64,000 nucleotides of DNA, from the NCBI RefSeq assembly GCF_963921235.1, contig NC_086097.1:196666001-196730000 (forward strand), read 5' to 3'. The stretch's first letter is position 1; each line of letters opens with the position of its first letter. The position numbers and the translations under genes are program-made. A model generated the notes under the pieces. It searched no databases. It had not been told where the DNA came from and saw only the letters and a program-made list of their open reading frames with translations. The DNA is from Mobula hypostoma. Lineage: Eukaryota. Below are positions 13,569 through 25,965 of this stretch, in pieces.

Positions 13569-15248
13569 TATACTCCAATGCTCTGTGCCAGTCCTAGGAC
13601 AAAATTGCAGGGATTCCTCAGGGAAATGACCTTGGTCTAACCATTTTCGACTGCTTCATCAGTGAACCTTCTTCCATCAATAATGTCAGAAGTGAGACTG
13701 TTCACTGATATGTGCACCATATTTAATTTCATTTGCAACTCCTTAACAAATTAAAAGAAGTCCATTCCTGCATGCTGCAAGACCTTAGAAAACACTTAGG
13801 CAGGGGCATATGAGTGGGAAGTAACATTTGTGCAGAGTGCAACCCCTTTTCCTTGATATTCAATGTCATTACCATAGCTAACTCCCCTATCATCAAAATT
13901 CTGAAGATCATCATTGACTAGAAATTCAACTGGACCCAATAAGAGCAGACTACAGGCTGGGTATCCTGTAATGAATGACTCATCTCCGGACACCCAAAGC
14001 CTTTCCACCTTTTACTGAGCATAAGTAAGCACAAATCCATCAACTACACAGAATATTGATTGCCTACAAAACCATACACAGGGACTGCAGAGTGTACCAT
14101 CTACAAAATGTATTGCCATGATCAGCCACCAGCAACTGCTGTCAAATATATGACCTGACCTCTATCACCAAAAAAGACATGTCTGGCATCTGCCTTCCAA
14201 GACATACTCATCACGATCAGGAAAAGCATCCAAGGATGCTTATGACCACATCAACAATTGTGTAGGTATGTGAGGATTCCACAGTGAGAGCTTTTATTAT
14301 GACTGCAATATAGACAGATGGTTTAAATCAGGCAATCATTCAAATTCAAATAATCCGTTCCATTTACCAAGAGAGTTCTCCTCCATAATCTTGACCGCAG
14401 TTTACATACTACCACTGGATGACTATAATCAAGCACTTGAGATACTGCATGAAGCCATCTCCAAACAAGAAAGAGTCTATCCCAGCGCATTTTAAACTAT
14501 AGTCAGGAACCTCAGCCAAGCTTATCTGAGGTGTGGTGACCAAGAAAGTTACAAGAAGCCCAGGTATAATCTCCAGAAAGCCATCTCACGGGTCAAGTGG
14601 CAATTCAAGACTAAACTTGGAATTAACAGTTTTGCAGTTGTCCAATTCTGACAGCCAGTCGTGGGTTATCAGACATTTTATGGGCACAATTTACTGGCAC
14701 GAATAACAAGTGATCCCTTCAAATTTGTTCAAGTTAATATCTGCAAAAAGATGCTTGCTACAGCAACTGCAAGCATTCACGTTGCAGTTAATGAGGCGTG
14801 CTTAGTATAGTCGGCCCTCAATATCCGCAGGTTCCGCATCCGTGGATTCAACCAACCGTGGATCGAAAATATTCTGAAAAAAAATTCCAGAAAGTTCCAA
14901 AAAGCAAAACTTGAATTTCCCGCACGCTCAGCACTATGCTGAATCCACGTGGATGAAGTGATGTGTAGGCATACCCTGCTGTAGCCTCCCGCCATTTCAC
15001 AGATCCTTAGTCTCTCTCCAGCACTTATTGTTTGAGGATTGTTGGCCTTGTGTCTCGTTCATTCGCTACTCGTGCTGTGAGTGAGAGGAAGGAGTTTAAG
15101 GCTAGTAAGGGATGGCTGGCCAGCTATGTAAAGCGTTACAGCCTCAAGAACTTGGCGATCACGGGAGAATCGGCACCGGCTGATACCGAGGCAGCATCAG
15201 CGTTCCCAGAAGAGCTACGATAGGTGCACCTGTACTGAACATGTACAG

Positions 15249-17612
15249 CAAACACGAGAAAATCTGCAGATGCTGTAATTTCAAGCAACACAAATAAAAG
15301 TTGCTGGTGACCATCTCAAGGAAGAGGTACAGTCGATGTTTCAGGCCGAGACCCTTTGTCAGGACTAACTAAAAGAAGAGCTAGTAAGAGATTTGAAGGT
15401 GGTGGGGGGGAGATCCAAAATGATAGGAGAAGACAGGAGGGGGAGGGATGGAGCCAAGAGCTGGACAGTTGATTGGCAAAAGGGATATGAGAGGATCATG
15501 GGACAGGAGGCCTAGGGAGAAAGAAAAGTGGGAAGGGGGGGAAAAACTAGAGGATGGGCAAGGGGTATAGTGAGAGAGACAGAGGGAGAAAAAGGAGAGA
15601 AAGAAAAAGAATGTGTGTATATAAATAAATAATGGATGGGGTACGAGGGGGAAGTGGGGCATTAGCGGAAAATAGAGAAGTCAATGTTCATGCCATCAGG
15701 TTGGAGGCTACCCAGACGGAATATAAGGTGTTGTTCCTCCAAACTGAGTGTGGCTTCATCTTTACAGTAGAGGAGGCCATGGATTGACATATCAGAATGG
15801 GAATGGGACGTGGATTTAAAATGTGTGGCCACTGGAAGATCCTGCTTTCTCTGGTGGACAGAGCGTAGGTGTTCAGCGGAACGGTCTTCCAGCCTGCATC
15901 GGGTCTCGCCAATATATAGAAGGCCACATCGGGAGCACCGGACGCAGTATATCACCCCGCCGACTCACAGGTGAAGTGTCACCTCACCCGGAAGGACTAT
16001 CTGGGGCATTGAATGGTTGTGAGGGAAGAAGTGTAAGGGCATGTGTAGCACTTGTTCCACTTGCATGGATAAGTGCCAGGAGGGAGATCAGTGGGGAGGG
16101 TAGGGGGGGACGAATGGACAAGCGAGTCGCGTAGGGAGTGATCCCTGCAGAAAGCAGAGGGGGGAGGAAATGATGTGCTTATTGGTGGGATCCCGTTGGA
16201 GGTAGCTGAAGTTACGGAGAATTATATGTTGGACCCAGAGGCTGGTGGGGTGGTAGGAGGCACCTGGTCCATTTCCAACACCTCCCTCCCCTTTCTACAT
16301 CTTTCTGTCTCTATCTCTGGAGACAGCTTATCCACTGATGTCTACTATAAGTCTACTGACTCTCACAGCTATCTGGACTATTCCTCTTCTCACCCTGTCT
16401 CTTGCAAAAATGCCATCCCCTTCTCACAATTTCTCCATCTCCGCCGCATCTGCTCTCAGGATGAGGCTTTTCATTCCAGGACGAAGGAGATGTCCTCCTT
16501 TTTTAAAGAAAGTGGCTTCCCTTCCTTCACCATCAACTCTGCTCTCAAACGCACCTCCCCCATTTCATGCACATCTGCTCTCACTCCATCCTCCCGCCAC
16601 CCCACTAGGAATAGGGTTCCCCGAGTCCTCACCTACCACCCGACCAGCCTCTGGGTCCAACATATAATTCTCCGTAACTTCCGCCACCTCCAACAGGATC
16701 CCACCAATAAGCACATCCTTCCCTCCCCCCACCTCTGCTTTCCGCAGGGATGGCTCCCTACGCGACTCCCTTGTCCATTCGTCCCCCCCATCCCTCCCCA
16801 CTGATCTCCCTTCTGGCACTTATCCTTGTAAGCGGAACAAGTGCTACACATGCCCTTACACTTCTTCCCTCACTACCATTCAGGGACCCAGACAGTCCTT
16901 CCAGGTGAGGCAACACTTCACCTGTGAGTCGGCTGGGGAGATATACTGCGTCCGGTGCTCCCAATGTGGCCTTTTATATATTGGCGAGATCCAACACAGA
17001 TTGGGAGATCGTTTCGCTGAACACCTATGTTCTGTCCGCCAGAGAAAGCAGGATCTTCCAGTGGCCACACATTTTAATTCCACCTCCCATTCCCATTCTG
17101 ATATGTCTATCCACGGCCTCCTCTACTGTAAGGATGAAGCCACACTCAGGTTAGAGGAACAACATCTTATACTCCGTCTGGGTAGCCTCCAACCTGATGG
17201 CATAAACACTGACTTCTCTAACTTCCGTTAATGCCCCACCTCCCGCTCGTACCCCATCTGTTATTTATTTATATACACACATTCCCTTTCTTTCTCTCCT
17301 TTTTCTCCCTCTGTCCCCCTCACTATACCCCTTGCCCATCCTCTAGTTCCCCCCCCTTCTCAGTTTTTTTTCCCTGGGCCTCCTGTCCCATGATTCTCTT
17401 ATATCCCTTTTGCCAATCAACAGTCCAGCTCTTGGCTCCATCCCTCCCCCTCCTGTCTTCTCCTATCATTTCAGATCTCCCCCTCCCCCTTTCAAATCTC
17501 TTACTAACTCTTCTTTCAGTTAGTCCTGACGAAGGGTCTCGGCCCGAAACGTCGACTGTACCTCTTCCCTGCCTGGCCTGCTGCGTTCACCAGCAACTTT
17601 TATGTGTGTTGC
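15249..17612. mobile_element. Head-to-head (fold-back) Penelope-like element, 2.4 kb
   Basis: Minus arm 15249-~16255, plus arm ~16261-17612; GIY-YIG IYCVRCSRCGLLYIGET-like in both arms; TSD CTGAACATGTACAG at 15235-15248 and 17613-17626. Confidence 0.9.
17521..17558 (+). ncRNA. Minimal type-I hammerhead ribozyme motif in PLE tail (best copy)
   Basis: UAGUC-CUGACGA-A-GGG(UCUCGG)CCC-GAA-ACGU-C/GACUG: stem I UAGUC:GACUG, stem II GGG:CCC, palindromic ACGU stem III, predicted cleavage after C17553. Confidence 0.8.
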
Positions 17613-18759
17613 CTGAACATGTACAGACTTTTTTTTGTCATTATTCCCTAAATAGTACAGTGTAATAACTATTTACATAGCATTTACATTGTATTAGGTA
17701 TTATAAGTAATCTAGATATGATTTTAAGTATATGGGAGGATGTGCATAGGTTATATGCAAATACTATGCCATTTTATTAAGAGACTTGAGCATCTGCAGA
17801 TTTTGGTATCCGTGGGGGGTCTTGGAACCAATCCCCCGCGGATACTGAGGGACGACTGTACTAAATATCACCATTAAAAATTAAAATTTATTTTGGCTCA
17901 ACCAAAGCCAATATGAACCTGACCAAAGCACACAGAATCAATGAAAATTTCTGATACAGGAAGTCACTAGCCCAAAATGACTATATGGGTAAAGAAATCT
18001 GTATCTGCAAAACCATATGTTCAACCTCCATTACCAATGGATTCTGCAATTTAAACACAGTATCGTGAAACCATTCAGCCATTGTGATTACTGGTCTAAC
18101 AATCTTACAAGACCCAAGTCCAACATACATGGTCAGATCCCATAGCCCAGCTTTAAATACAGTGATCAGTATTAGTGTGCTTGTTTATAAAGAGACAGCC
18201 AACCCGATCAAAGTCAAGCACATGGGCTCTTAATTCTATTTGGTACCTGTCTTGAGCTCAAATGATATAGTCAGGCCCTACCAGGTACTATGGTTTAATA
18301 TTTCCAAATGTATACTGCTACAGAACCATTTAGCATGTATGAACAATTTCTTGGTCATCTTCCAAAAGTATGGGCAGGAAACCCTGAGGTACAGCCTGCT
18401 GTTCCTGTGAGCCAGCGTACTCTTTTGTAGAACAGGAGGAGACACAGGCAATGCCTACTGCAGAGGGACAGCACCTTATTGTACTAGTGTACCCGGCCCA
18501 CAGAGCAACAGCTCAGATACCAACATGATGAGGAAGAAATAAAATTAGAAGGATGTGTTTTTCAAAGGAAGACACCTGCCACCATCAGGTGGTGAGTTAG
18601 TAGGAGGAGAAAGAGAGCTACTGTTATGGTCCATAGAAGCTGAATCCAGCTGTAATGTTGATACGGTGGAGTCAGACGAACCTCAAATTAGGGCAGCATT
18701 TAGGAGAGAGCACTTGGAGAAAAGCTCCACAATGCTTGGAGTAGGGTCCTACATTTTGT

Positions 18760-18930
18760 AAGGAGTTTGTATGTTCTCTGCGTGACCACGTGGGTTTCCT
18801 CCAGGTGTTCTGGTTTCCCCCCACATTCCAAAGATGTAGGAGTTCGTAGCTTAATTGGTCACATGGGTACAACTGGGTAGTATGGGCTCGTTGGGCTGGA
18901 AGGGCATGTTACTGTGCTATATCTCCAAAT
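18760..18930 (+). mobile_element. tRNA-derived SINE (HE1/V-SINE-like), 5' truncated
   Basis: TGTAAGGAGTTTGTATGTTCTC...GTGGGTTTCCTCC...CCCACATTCCAAAGA. Confidence 0.65.
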
Positions 18931-19439
18931 TTAAAAAAATAAATTAAATAAAAAGGGTAAAATATTTTGCAATATCTCCTTCAGATGCAGGAATACTTTT
19001 CCACATTATCTCAAAAGGTTTGCAGAGTCAAGAATATTTCATTTCCACTTTGAAAGTAATTCACTTATGGATAACGGGTAATGGCAATGCCAAGAAAACA
19101 TGTTGTCTCAGGAGCCAGTTTCTGTCTCCACAGAGACTGAGTCCCATCCTGCAAAGTTCAGCTTACTCAGTCCTAACATTCATAAAACTAACCATAGGTC
19201 CACCTGACTAAGCAAAGTAAATGTCAGGATCTGAAAAAGAATATTAATTTTCCATATTCCAATGAAAAAAATCTCAGAATTGTATATCCAAAATTTTATT
19301 GGATGGACATATTAAAATGGCAGAATTAAGGGTCAACTGCTTATGTGTAGCTCCAACAGGTATATTCCTGTTTGGAACTACTACAGCTGAAATCCAGTCA
19401 CAGCCGTGGCTCATGTCAGGAGCAGAATTCCCCTTTTAC

Positions 19440-22328
19440 AAAAACTGAAGAAGAGCTGGCACACCAGTCCACAAGTACTATTGAAATACAGAAGCTTTAG
19501 ACCCACATTCCCGACTATCCTGCCAGCGAATGAACAGTCTCCAGAAAATCAACTTGCAAACTTCAGAGCAAGACTGACGATCCAGAGGGACATCAGGGAC
19601 TGCTCTGTACTTCGCTTCATCGAAACATGGCTATCTCCCAGCATTTTAGACACAGCGCTGTAGTTGGATGGCTTCATGATTCTCCACAAAGATGTCTTTT
19701 AAAGGTATGCATTATGACTAACTCATCATAGTATACAAATAATGATTGTTCTTTCTCAGTCCTGCTAACCCAACCTGGAACATTTAGTTGTCAAGTGTCG
19801 TCCATTTTATCTGCTGAGGGAGATTTCTGCCATCATCCTGGTTGTGGTGTATATTTCACCTCAGGCCAATGTCTGCAAGGCACTAGAGGAAATGAGCAAT
19901 GTAATCAGCAGGCATGAAAGCTGCGCACCCTGATGCATTCCCTATCATTGCAATAGATTTCAACCAGGCCAGCTTGAAGAACAACTACCACCAACATATC
20001 ACCCATGAAACCAGAGGAGCCAGCACACTTGACGACCGTTACACCACCATCAAGAGCGCTTACCATGCCATCCCACGCCCACACTTTGGAAAGTCCAATC
20101 ACCTGCACCTCCTACTCCCGCGTATAGGCAGAGACTAAAGAAAGCAGCATCAGAGGTGAGGACCAAGAAGGTATAGTTAAGCGCAACGGTGGAGTGCTTA
20201 CAGGACTGCTTTAAATTGGTGGACTGGACAATATTCAGGGATTCATCTTTGAGTATGAACGAATACAACACAGTTGTCACCAACTTCATTGAGATCTGTG
20301 TGGATGAGTACATGCCTTTGAGAATATACCCAAATCAAAAGCCGTGTATTAACCACGAGATTCGTAGTCTGCTGAGGCCTAGATCTGTGATATTCAAGAC
20401 TGGTGAACCAGAACTTTACAAGAAGTCCAGGTACAAACTACAAAAGGCTATTTTAATGCAAAGAGACAATTCTGATTGAGATCAGAGACAGAATCTAATA
20501 CACATCCGCTCTGGCAAAATTTGCAGGCCATTACATCCTACAAACCTAACATCAAGAATGGCTGCAGCATCTCTAGGAAGAGGTACAGTTGATGTTTCGG
20601 GCCGAGGCCCGAAACGTTGACTGTACCTCTTCCTAGAGATGCTGCCTGGCCAGCTGCGTTCACCAGCAACTTTGATGTGCGTTGCTTGAATTTCCAGCAT
20701 CTGCAGAATTCCTTGTGTTTACATCAAGAATGGCTGTGACGCTTCAATACCAGATAAGCTCAACACCTACGCATACTTTGAAAGGCAGAATAAAACACAC
20801 CTGCGACCCTGTGATCTCTGTCTCGGAGTTTGACATCAAAACATCTTTCAAGATGCTGAACCCTTGCAAGGTGTCATGCAGTGATGATGTACCTGGTGGG
20901 GCTCTGAAAATCCTGTGCCAACCAACTGGCACGAGTGTTCAAGGATACCTTCAATCTCTCACAGCTGCAGTCAGAGGTTCCCACCTGCTTCAAGAAGGCA
21001 ACAACCATACGAGCATCCAAGAAGAGCAGACTATCGCCCAGTAGCACTCACACCGACTGTGATGAAGTGCTTTCAGTAGTTGGTGAAGAAAAGAATCACC
21101 TCCTGCCTGAGCAAGAACCTGAACCCACTGCAATATGCCTATTGCCGCAATAGGTCTACAGTGGATGCAATCTCACTGGCATTCCACTCAGCCTTGGAGT
21201 ACCCAGAACATAGCAATATCTACATCAGGCTGCTGTTTATTAAGTACAGTGCAGCGTTCATCACAATCAGATCCTTAGTTCTAATCAACAAGCTCCAAAA
21301 CCTGGCCTCTGTAATGCCCTTTGCAACTGGATCATTGACTTCCTCACAAGGAGACCACAGTATGTGTAGATCGGAAATAATATCTCCTTTCTTCACTGAC
21401 AATCAACACTGGTGCATCTCAAGGAAGTGTGCTTACCCCACTCCCCTACTCTCTCTACACCCACAACTGTGTAACTAGGGACAGCTCAAATGGCATCTAT
21501 AAATTTGTCGATGTCACAACTATGCTTCGGAACTTCAGATGGTGACAAAGAAGCATAGAGGAGTGTGATAGATCAACTGGCGGAGTGCTGTTGCAGCGAC
21601 AACCTTGCACCCAATGTCAGTAAAACTAAAGAACAGATTATGGACTTCAGGAAGGGGAAGTTGAGGGACCACACACCGGTCCTCATTGAGGGCTCAGAAG
21701 TGGAAACGGTGATCATTTTCAAGTTCCTGGGTGTCAACATCGCTGAGGATCTATCTGGTGCCCAACATATTGATGCAATTATAAAAAAGGCACAACAGCA
21801 GCATTACTTCATTAGGAGTTTGAGAATTGGTATGTCACCAAAGACACTTTGAAATTTCTACAGATGTTCCTGCACAGCATTCTAACTGGTTGCATCACCG
21901 CCTGGTATGGAGGGGTTACTGCACAGGATCATAAAAAGCTGCAGAAAATTGTGAACTCTGCCAGCTCCATCAAGGGAACTAGCCTCCCCAGCATCCAGGT
22001 CACCTTCAAAAGGTGATACCTCAAAAAGGCAGCATCCATCATTAAGGACCCCCATCACCCAGGACATGCCCTCTTCTCATTACTGCCATCAAGGAGGTGG
22101 TACAGGAGCTTGAAGACACACACTCAAAGTTTCAGGAACAGCTTCTTCTCCTTTTTATATATATATATACACACACTTCTTGTTGTAATTTATAGTTTTT
22201 ATTATTATGTACTGTAATGTATCACTGCTGCAAAATAACACATTTCACAATATATGCTAGTGATATTAAACCTGATTCTGATATAGTGATCTATGTACTT
22301 TGATAATAAACTTACTTTGAACTTTGAA
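19440..22328 (+). mobile_element. Rex1/Babar LINE, near full length, decayed
   Basis: APE motifs (FIETWL, DFNQASLK), RT motifs (NPLQYAYCRNRSTVDAI, KFVD, KTKEQIMDFRK, FKFLGVNI); tail AATAAACTTACTTTGAACTTTGAA. Confidence 0.85.
20565..20720. mobile_element. 156-bp fold-back PLE-tail insertion in the Rex1 element
   Basis: Inverted arms of about 40 bp centred on GGGCCGAGGCCC; 16-bp TSD ACATCAAGAATGGCTG at 20549-20564 and 20721-20736. Confidence 0.88.
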
Positions 22329-23793
22329 GAAACAATTATACACATTTTCCAACCTGGCTTACTGGAGAATAATGTAAAATGGTAATTTGATTACTCTAAG
22401 TCATTAATTTCATAATGAATGTATTAACACGGGCTAGCAATTGAGCACCTTATTGTTTTCTGAATAACTATCCTTATTTCTCTGCATAATCGTCATTAAA
22501 CGAAACATTTAAAATTAGACTCTTGTAGAAATTAGGTGAATGCCATAATGGTATAAATCCACATTAAAGACAGAAAGATAAATGAGATCACTAAAGCACG
22601 GTCATTTTTCAGACACTGCCTAAACTGAACTTCTTTGATTTAAAAAAAGCAATTGCTGACAATAAAAAAAGTACAATAGCCCAATTACATGACTTCTAAA
22701 GCTCTAGGGCAGAAAAGAATAGACAGATAAAGAAATTCAATGTCATTTGGATTTGGAGTCTCAAGCTGCAGATCTTAGAACAACCAGCTACCCTCACCCT
22801 CCCTATATCTCCTCCCCACCTTTGTTTCTCCCAGCAGGCCCAAAGGCTTTCAAACAAAACCTGAATGACAGCTATGGGCTATTCTAGCCTCATTCCTGAT
22901 CATCCATGCCAAACAGGATGGATCTCTCCTAAGTACACTTCCCAGGCACCTTTGCAATCAAGGCTGACCACACATTTCAAGTGGGGGAGGGGATATCATA
23001 AATAGGATAACAGATGTAAACTTTACACTGAATAATGCCACTGAACCTGTACTGGATATGATGATTGTAGGGAAGAGGTGATCCTTGCTGAAAGTAATTT
23101 GTCTAATCGTGGATTTTTCATAGTTCCTATATTTAATGTAACTTTAGTTGAACATAATGTCATCAAGAGCAGCATTATCTACAAACACGTCGTGTCCTCT
23201 AGTAACAAAGCCTTGCTCACAGGAAATCAATCCCCTCAGGACAGATGGCCCGTGTTTCAAGTGGCATCTCCCTTCTTGTTTGAAAAAACTTAATCAGCAT
23301 TTTCTGCTCCCTAGCAACATTCAAAGGAAATATTTGCATGACTAAAGCTTAAGTAGATAGCAGGGACAATGCTAGAGATTTCTGCAATATATGTGCCACA
23401 ATACTACATTTAAACTGTTCATTTAACAAAGCAAAATGTATTTTTAACTATTGCGATACGTCATGCTGTCAATTAATGACCACTTTCTGACTCAGAATAT
23501 GGAGTTTTTGGTTTTCTCCTTTCACCAATGACCATGAGGTGTGATTATTTCCTGGATTCTTCTGAGTTGGTTTATGTTGTCAAAAAATCAGCTCACAAAA
23601 GAAACATAATTCGTTGTGTACCTTTCGCAATTCATCATTTTTTTCTATGATTCTCTTTACTCTAGTTCAAAGATATTCAAATGAGATACTGCACAGGATC
23701 TGAAAGGTCAGTATACCAGATAGTTTTCTTAAACAGCTGAGGGAGAAAATTGGCTCCCACATGTCTGGACCCTGCAGTGCTCCAAAGTAAAGT

Positions 23794-23795
<2 letters not shown>

Positions 23796-23849
<54 letters not shown>

Positions 23850-23851
23850 GT
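23796..23851. repeat. (GT)n microsatellite
   Basis: About 24 uninterrupted GT units. Confidence 0.98.
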
Positions 23852-24654
23852 CAGGTCTGCGTGCGTGTGGGGTGAAGGGATGGGGGAGTGGTTGCAGAGG
23901 GATCAAGGTGGTGGCCTTAGAGAGGAATGCTGACAATCATTTTGAGATTCTACCTCAGGGAAAATGAGTTGGAAATAGTGTTCGCTCTGAAACTAAGGTG
24001 CGAATTGGAAGACCATCTGGATTGTTTAACCATTTATTTGCTCCAAGAAAATAAATCAATAGTCAAGAAGAACGTTTAAATGAAAGTACTCCAGGGAACA
24101 AATGTGTCACCTACCAGATCATATGTCTCTTTCTCCTAAAATATCCCCAGCTTATTAATGCCTGTTTTGCTCCAGCTGCTGCACAAATTGGGGGCAAAAA
24201 AATTCTGATGCTCAAAATGTCTTGCAATAGTCCCATTAACTTCACTATGGATTGGAAGCATTCTTCAGATACAAGCTCATTGATTTTCAGTGAATCAATG
24301 AAAATCAATGATTTTTGGGAGCCCAGCTGTATTTATAATCTTAAAATATACCACAATTTACCCTTCTTCTAACTGGAAAGTTTGCATTAGTTTTGAATTG
24401 ATGCATAACATTCTATTCTAAATATGCCTTCATTGATTTTCAGTACTCATAACATTAAGGAATGTTATTTCATAACTCTCCAAGCAAAATATCAGCAAAC
24501 TCATAACCAAGATCTATATTCTTTTCAAAAAAAATGTAAGGATATAAAAATGAAATTTGAACAACCTTGTCCAAAATTAACGTTTGAAAAATGTACAGTT
24601 TTGGGTATACGCAACTCATTTCATTTCTGAACTTCGCTGGACTTAAGAATAGTA

Positions 24655-25392
24655 CAGTTGGTCCTCCTTATTCGCGGGGGATTGGTTCTGGGACCTCCCG
24701 CGGATAGCAAAAAACGCGGATGCTCAAGTCCCTTATTTAACCTGTCTCAGTGCGGGTGGACTTTAGGACCCGGGGGAGCTCTGGACCCGCCGCCCGCAGC
24801 TGCTGCTGAATTAGCAGCGTTTCTGGTCCATTGACGGAAAACGATCACGACTGAAAATAAAGTGGAAATAATAAAGCGATCGGAAAGAGGTGAAACGCCA
24901 TCGGTCATTGGAAAAGCATTAGGCTAGATTCGGTCAACGATCAGAACAATTTTAAAGGATAAAGTGAGAATAATGGAGCATATGAAAAGCCCTGCCCGAT
25001 GAAAGCCACAGTTACTACTAAGCAATGCAGTGGTTTAATTATTGAAATACATAAGTTTCATAAGTGTTTTATATGCATAGAAAGGTAAAATATATACTAT
25101 ATACTAAGACAAACGTTTGACTAACTGATGCTAAATAATACGTAATGGATGTACTTGTTCAGACTTACGTACAAATCCGATTTAAAGACTGCCTGTACTT
25201 TAAATCATTTCGATTACTTATAGTACTTAATACAATGTAAATATTATGTAAGTAGTTGTTGCACTGTATTGTTTAGGAAATAATGACAAGAAAAAAAAGT
25301 CTGTACAAGCTCAAACAATGAGTGCTGGAGAGTGAACTTCTGGGTTTTCCCGATCAGCACATGCAGAACCCGCAGATAAGGATATATGACTG
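24655..25392 (+). mobile_element. Tigger/pogo MITE with N-terminal HTH fragment
   Basis: TA-flanked CAGT...GACTG ends; RKTITTENKVEIIKRSERGETPSVIGKALG. Confidence 0.82.
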
Positions 25393-25965
25393 TATATGAG
25401 AGTCATGAGCATTCATTTTAATAGCAATCTATGGTCCTCACTGGGCACTCATATTTCAAAGCCATGTGCCCACTCATGGACAGAAAATGGATTTCAAATG
25501 AAGCAGCTATATCAAAATGATAAAGTATTATAAGGTAAACCAAATAATGAAAACAATACTCTTAACAAAGAATAAAGTTAAAAACATTTATATAGTATCT
25601 CTGATAACATTAGTACACTCCAAAACACAATGCCCAGAAATTCAGTTATATAGCAATGTTTTTATCGGCAATTATTTTTTAAATAGAACACAACTACAAC
25701 CATTTCAAGCTGAAGGAACACAACTCTTAAATTTCAATGAGACTCTTCCAGTTGTAAGTCTGATGAACTGTCTTGTTTGTCAGATATGCATCTAAGTGTG
25801 TTACATCTCATACTTTTTTAGAGCTTTTAGAAATATTAAAATTGGTTTTGAAACACACCTGCACTTGGAACCTGCAGTTCCATCCTAAACAGTTTCACAC
25901 TGGTTATTCTATTTCAAAGGCATTAAAGACCCGTGAATGTTTTATGTTCTGACATTTGCACAGTA

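Larger units (their letters stand above)
14808..17858. mobile_element. Tigger/pogo non-autonomous element (MER2-like ends), interrupted by a PLE
   Basis: TIRs (C/T)AGTCG(G/T)CCCTCA..ATCCGC flanked by TA; CENP-B-like fragment EFKASKGWLASYVKRYSLKNLAITGESA at 15032-15223. Confidence 0.85.

Noticed and set aside
16175..16804. 209-aa ORF as a novel gene
   Set aside because: Chimeric read-through across the fold-back junction of the PLE
23666..23791. Plus-strand exon candidate (pyrimidine tract-AG ... GTAAGT)
   Set aside because: Stop codons in all three frames and no partner exons found; a non-coding exon cannot be excluded
24111..24308. 65-aa ORF in the repeat-poor block as a coding exon
   Set aside because: No recognisable homology and weak splice signals
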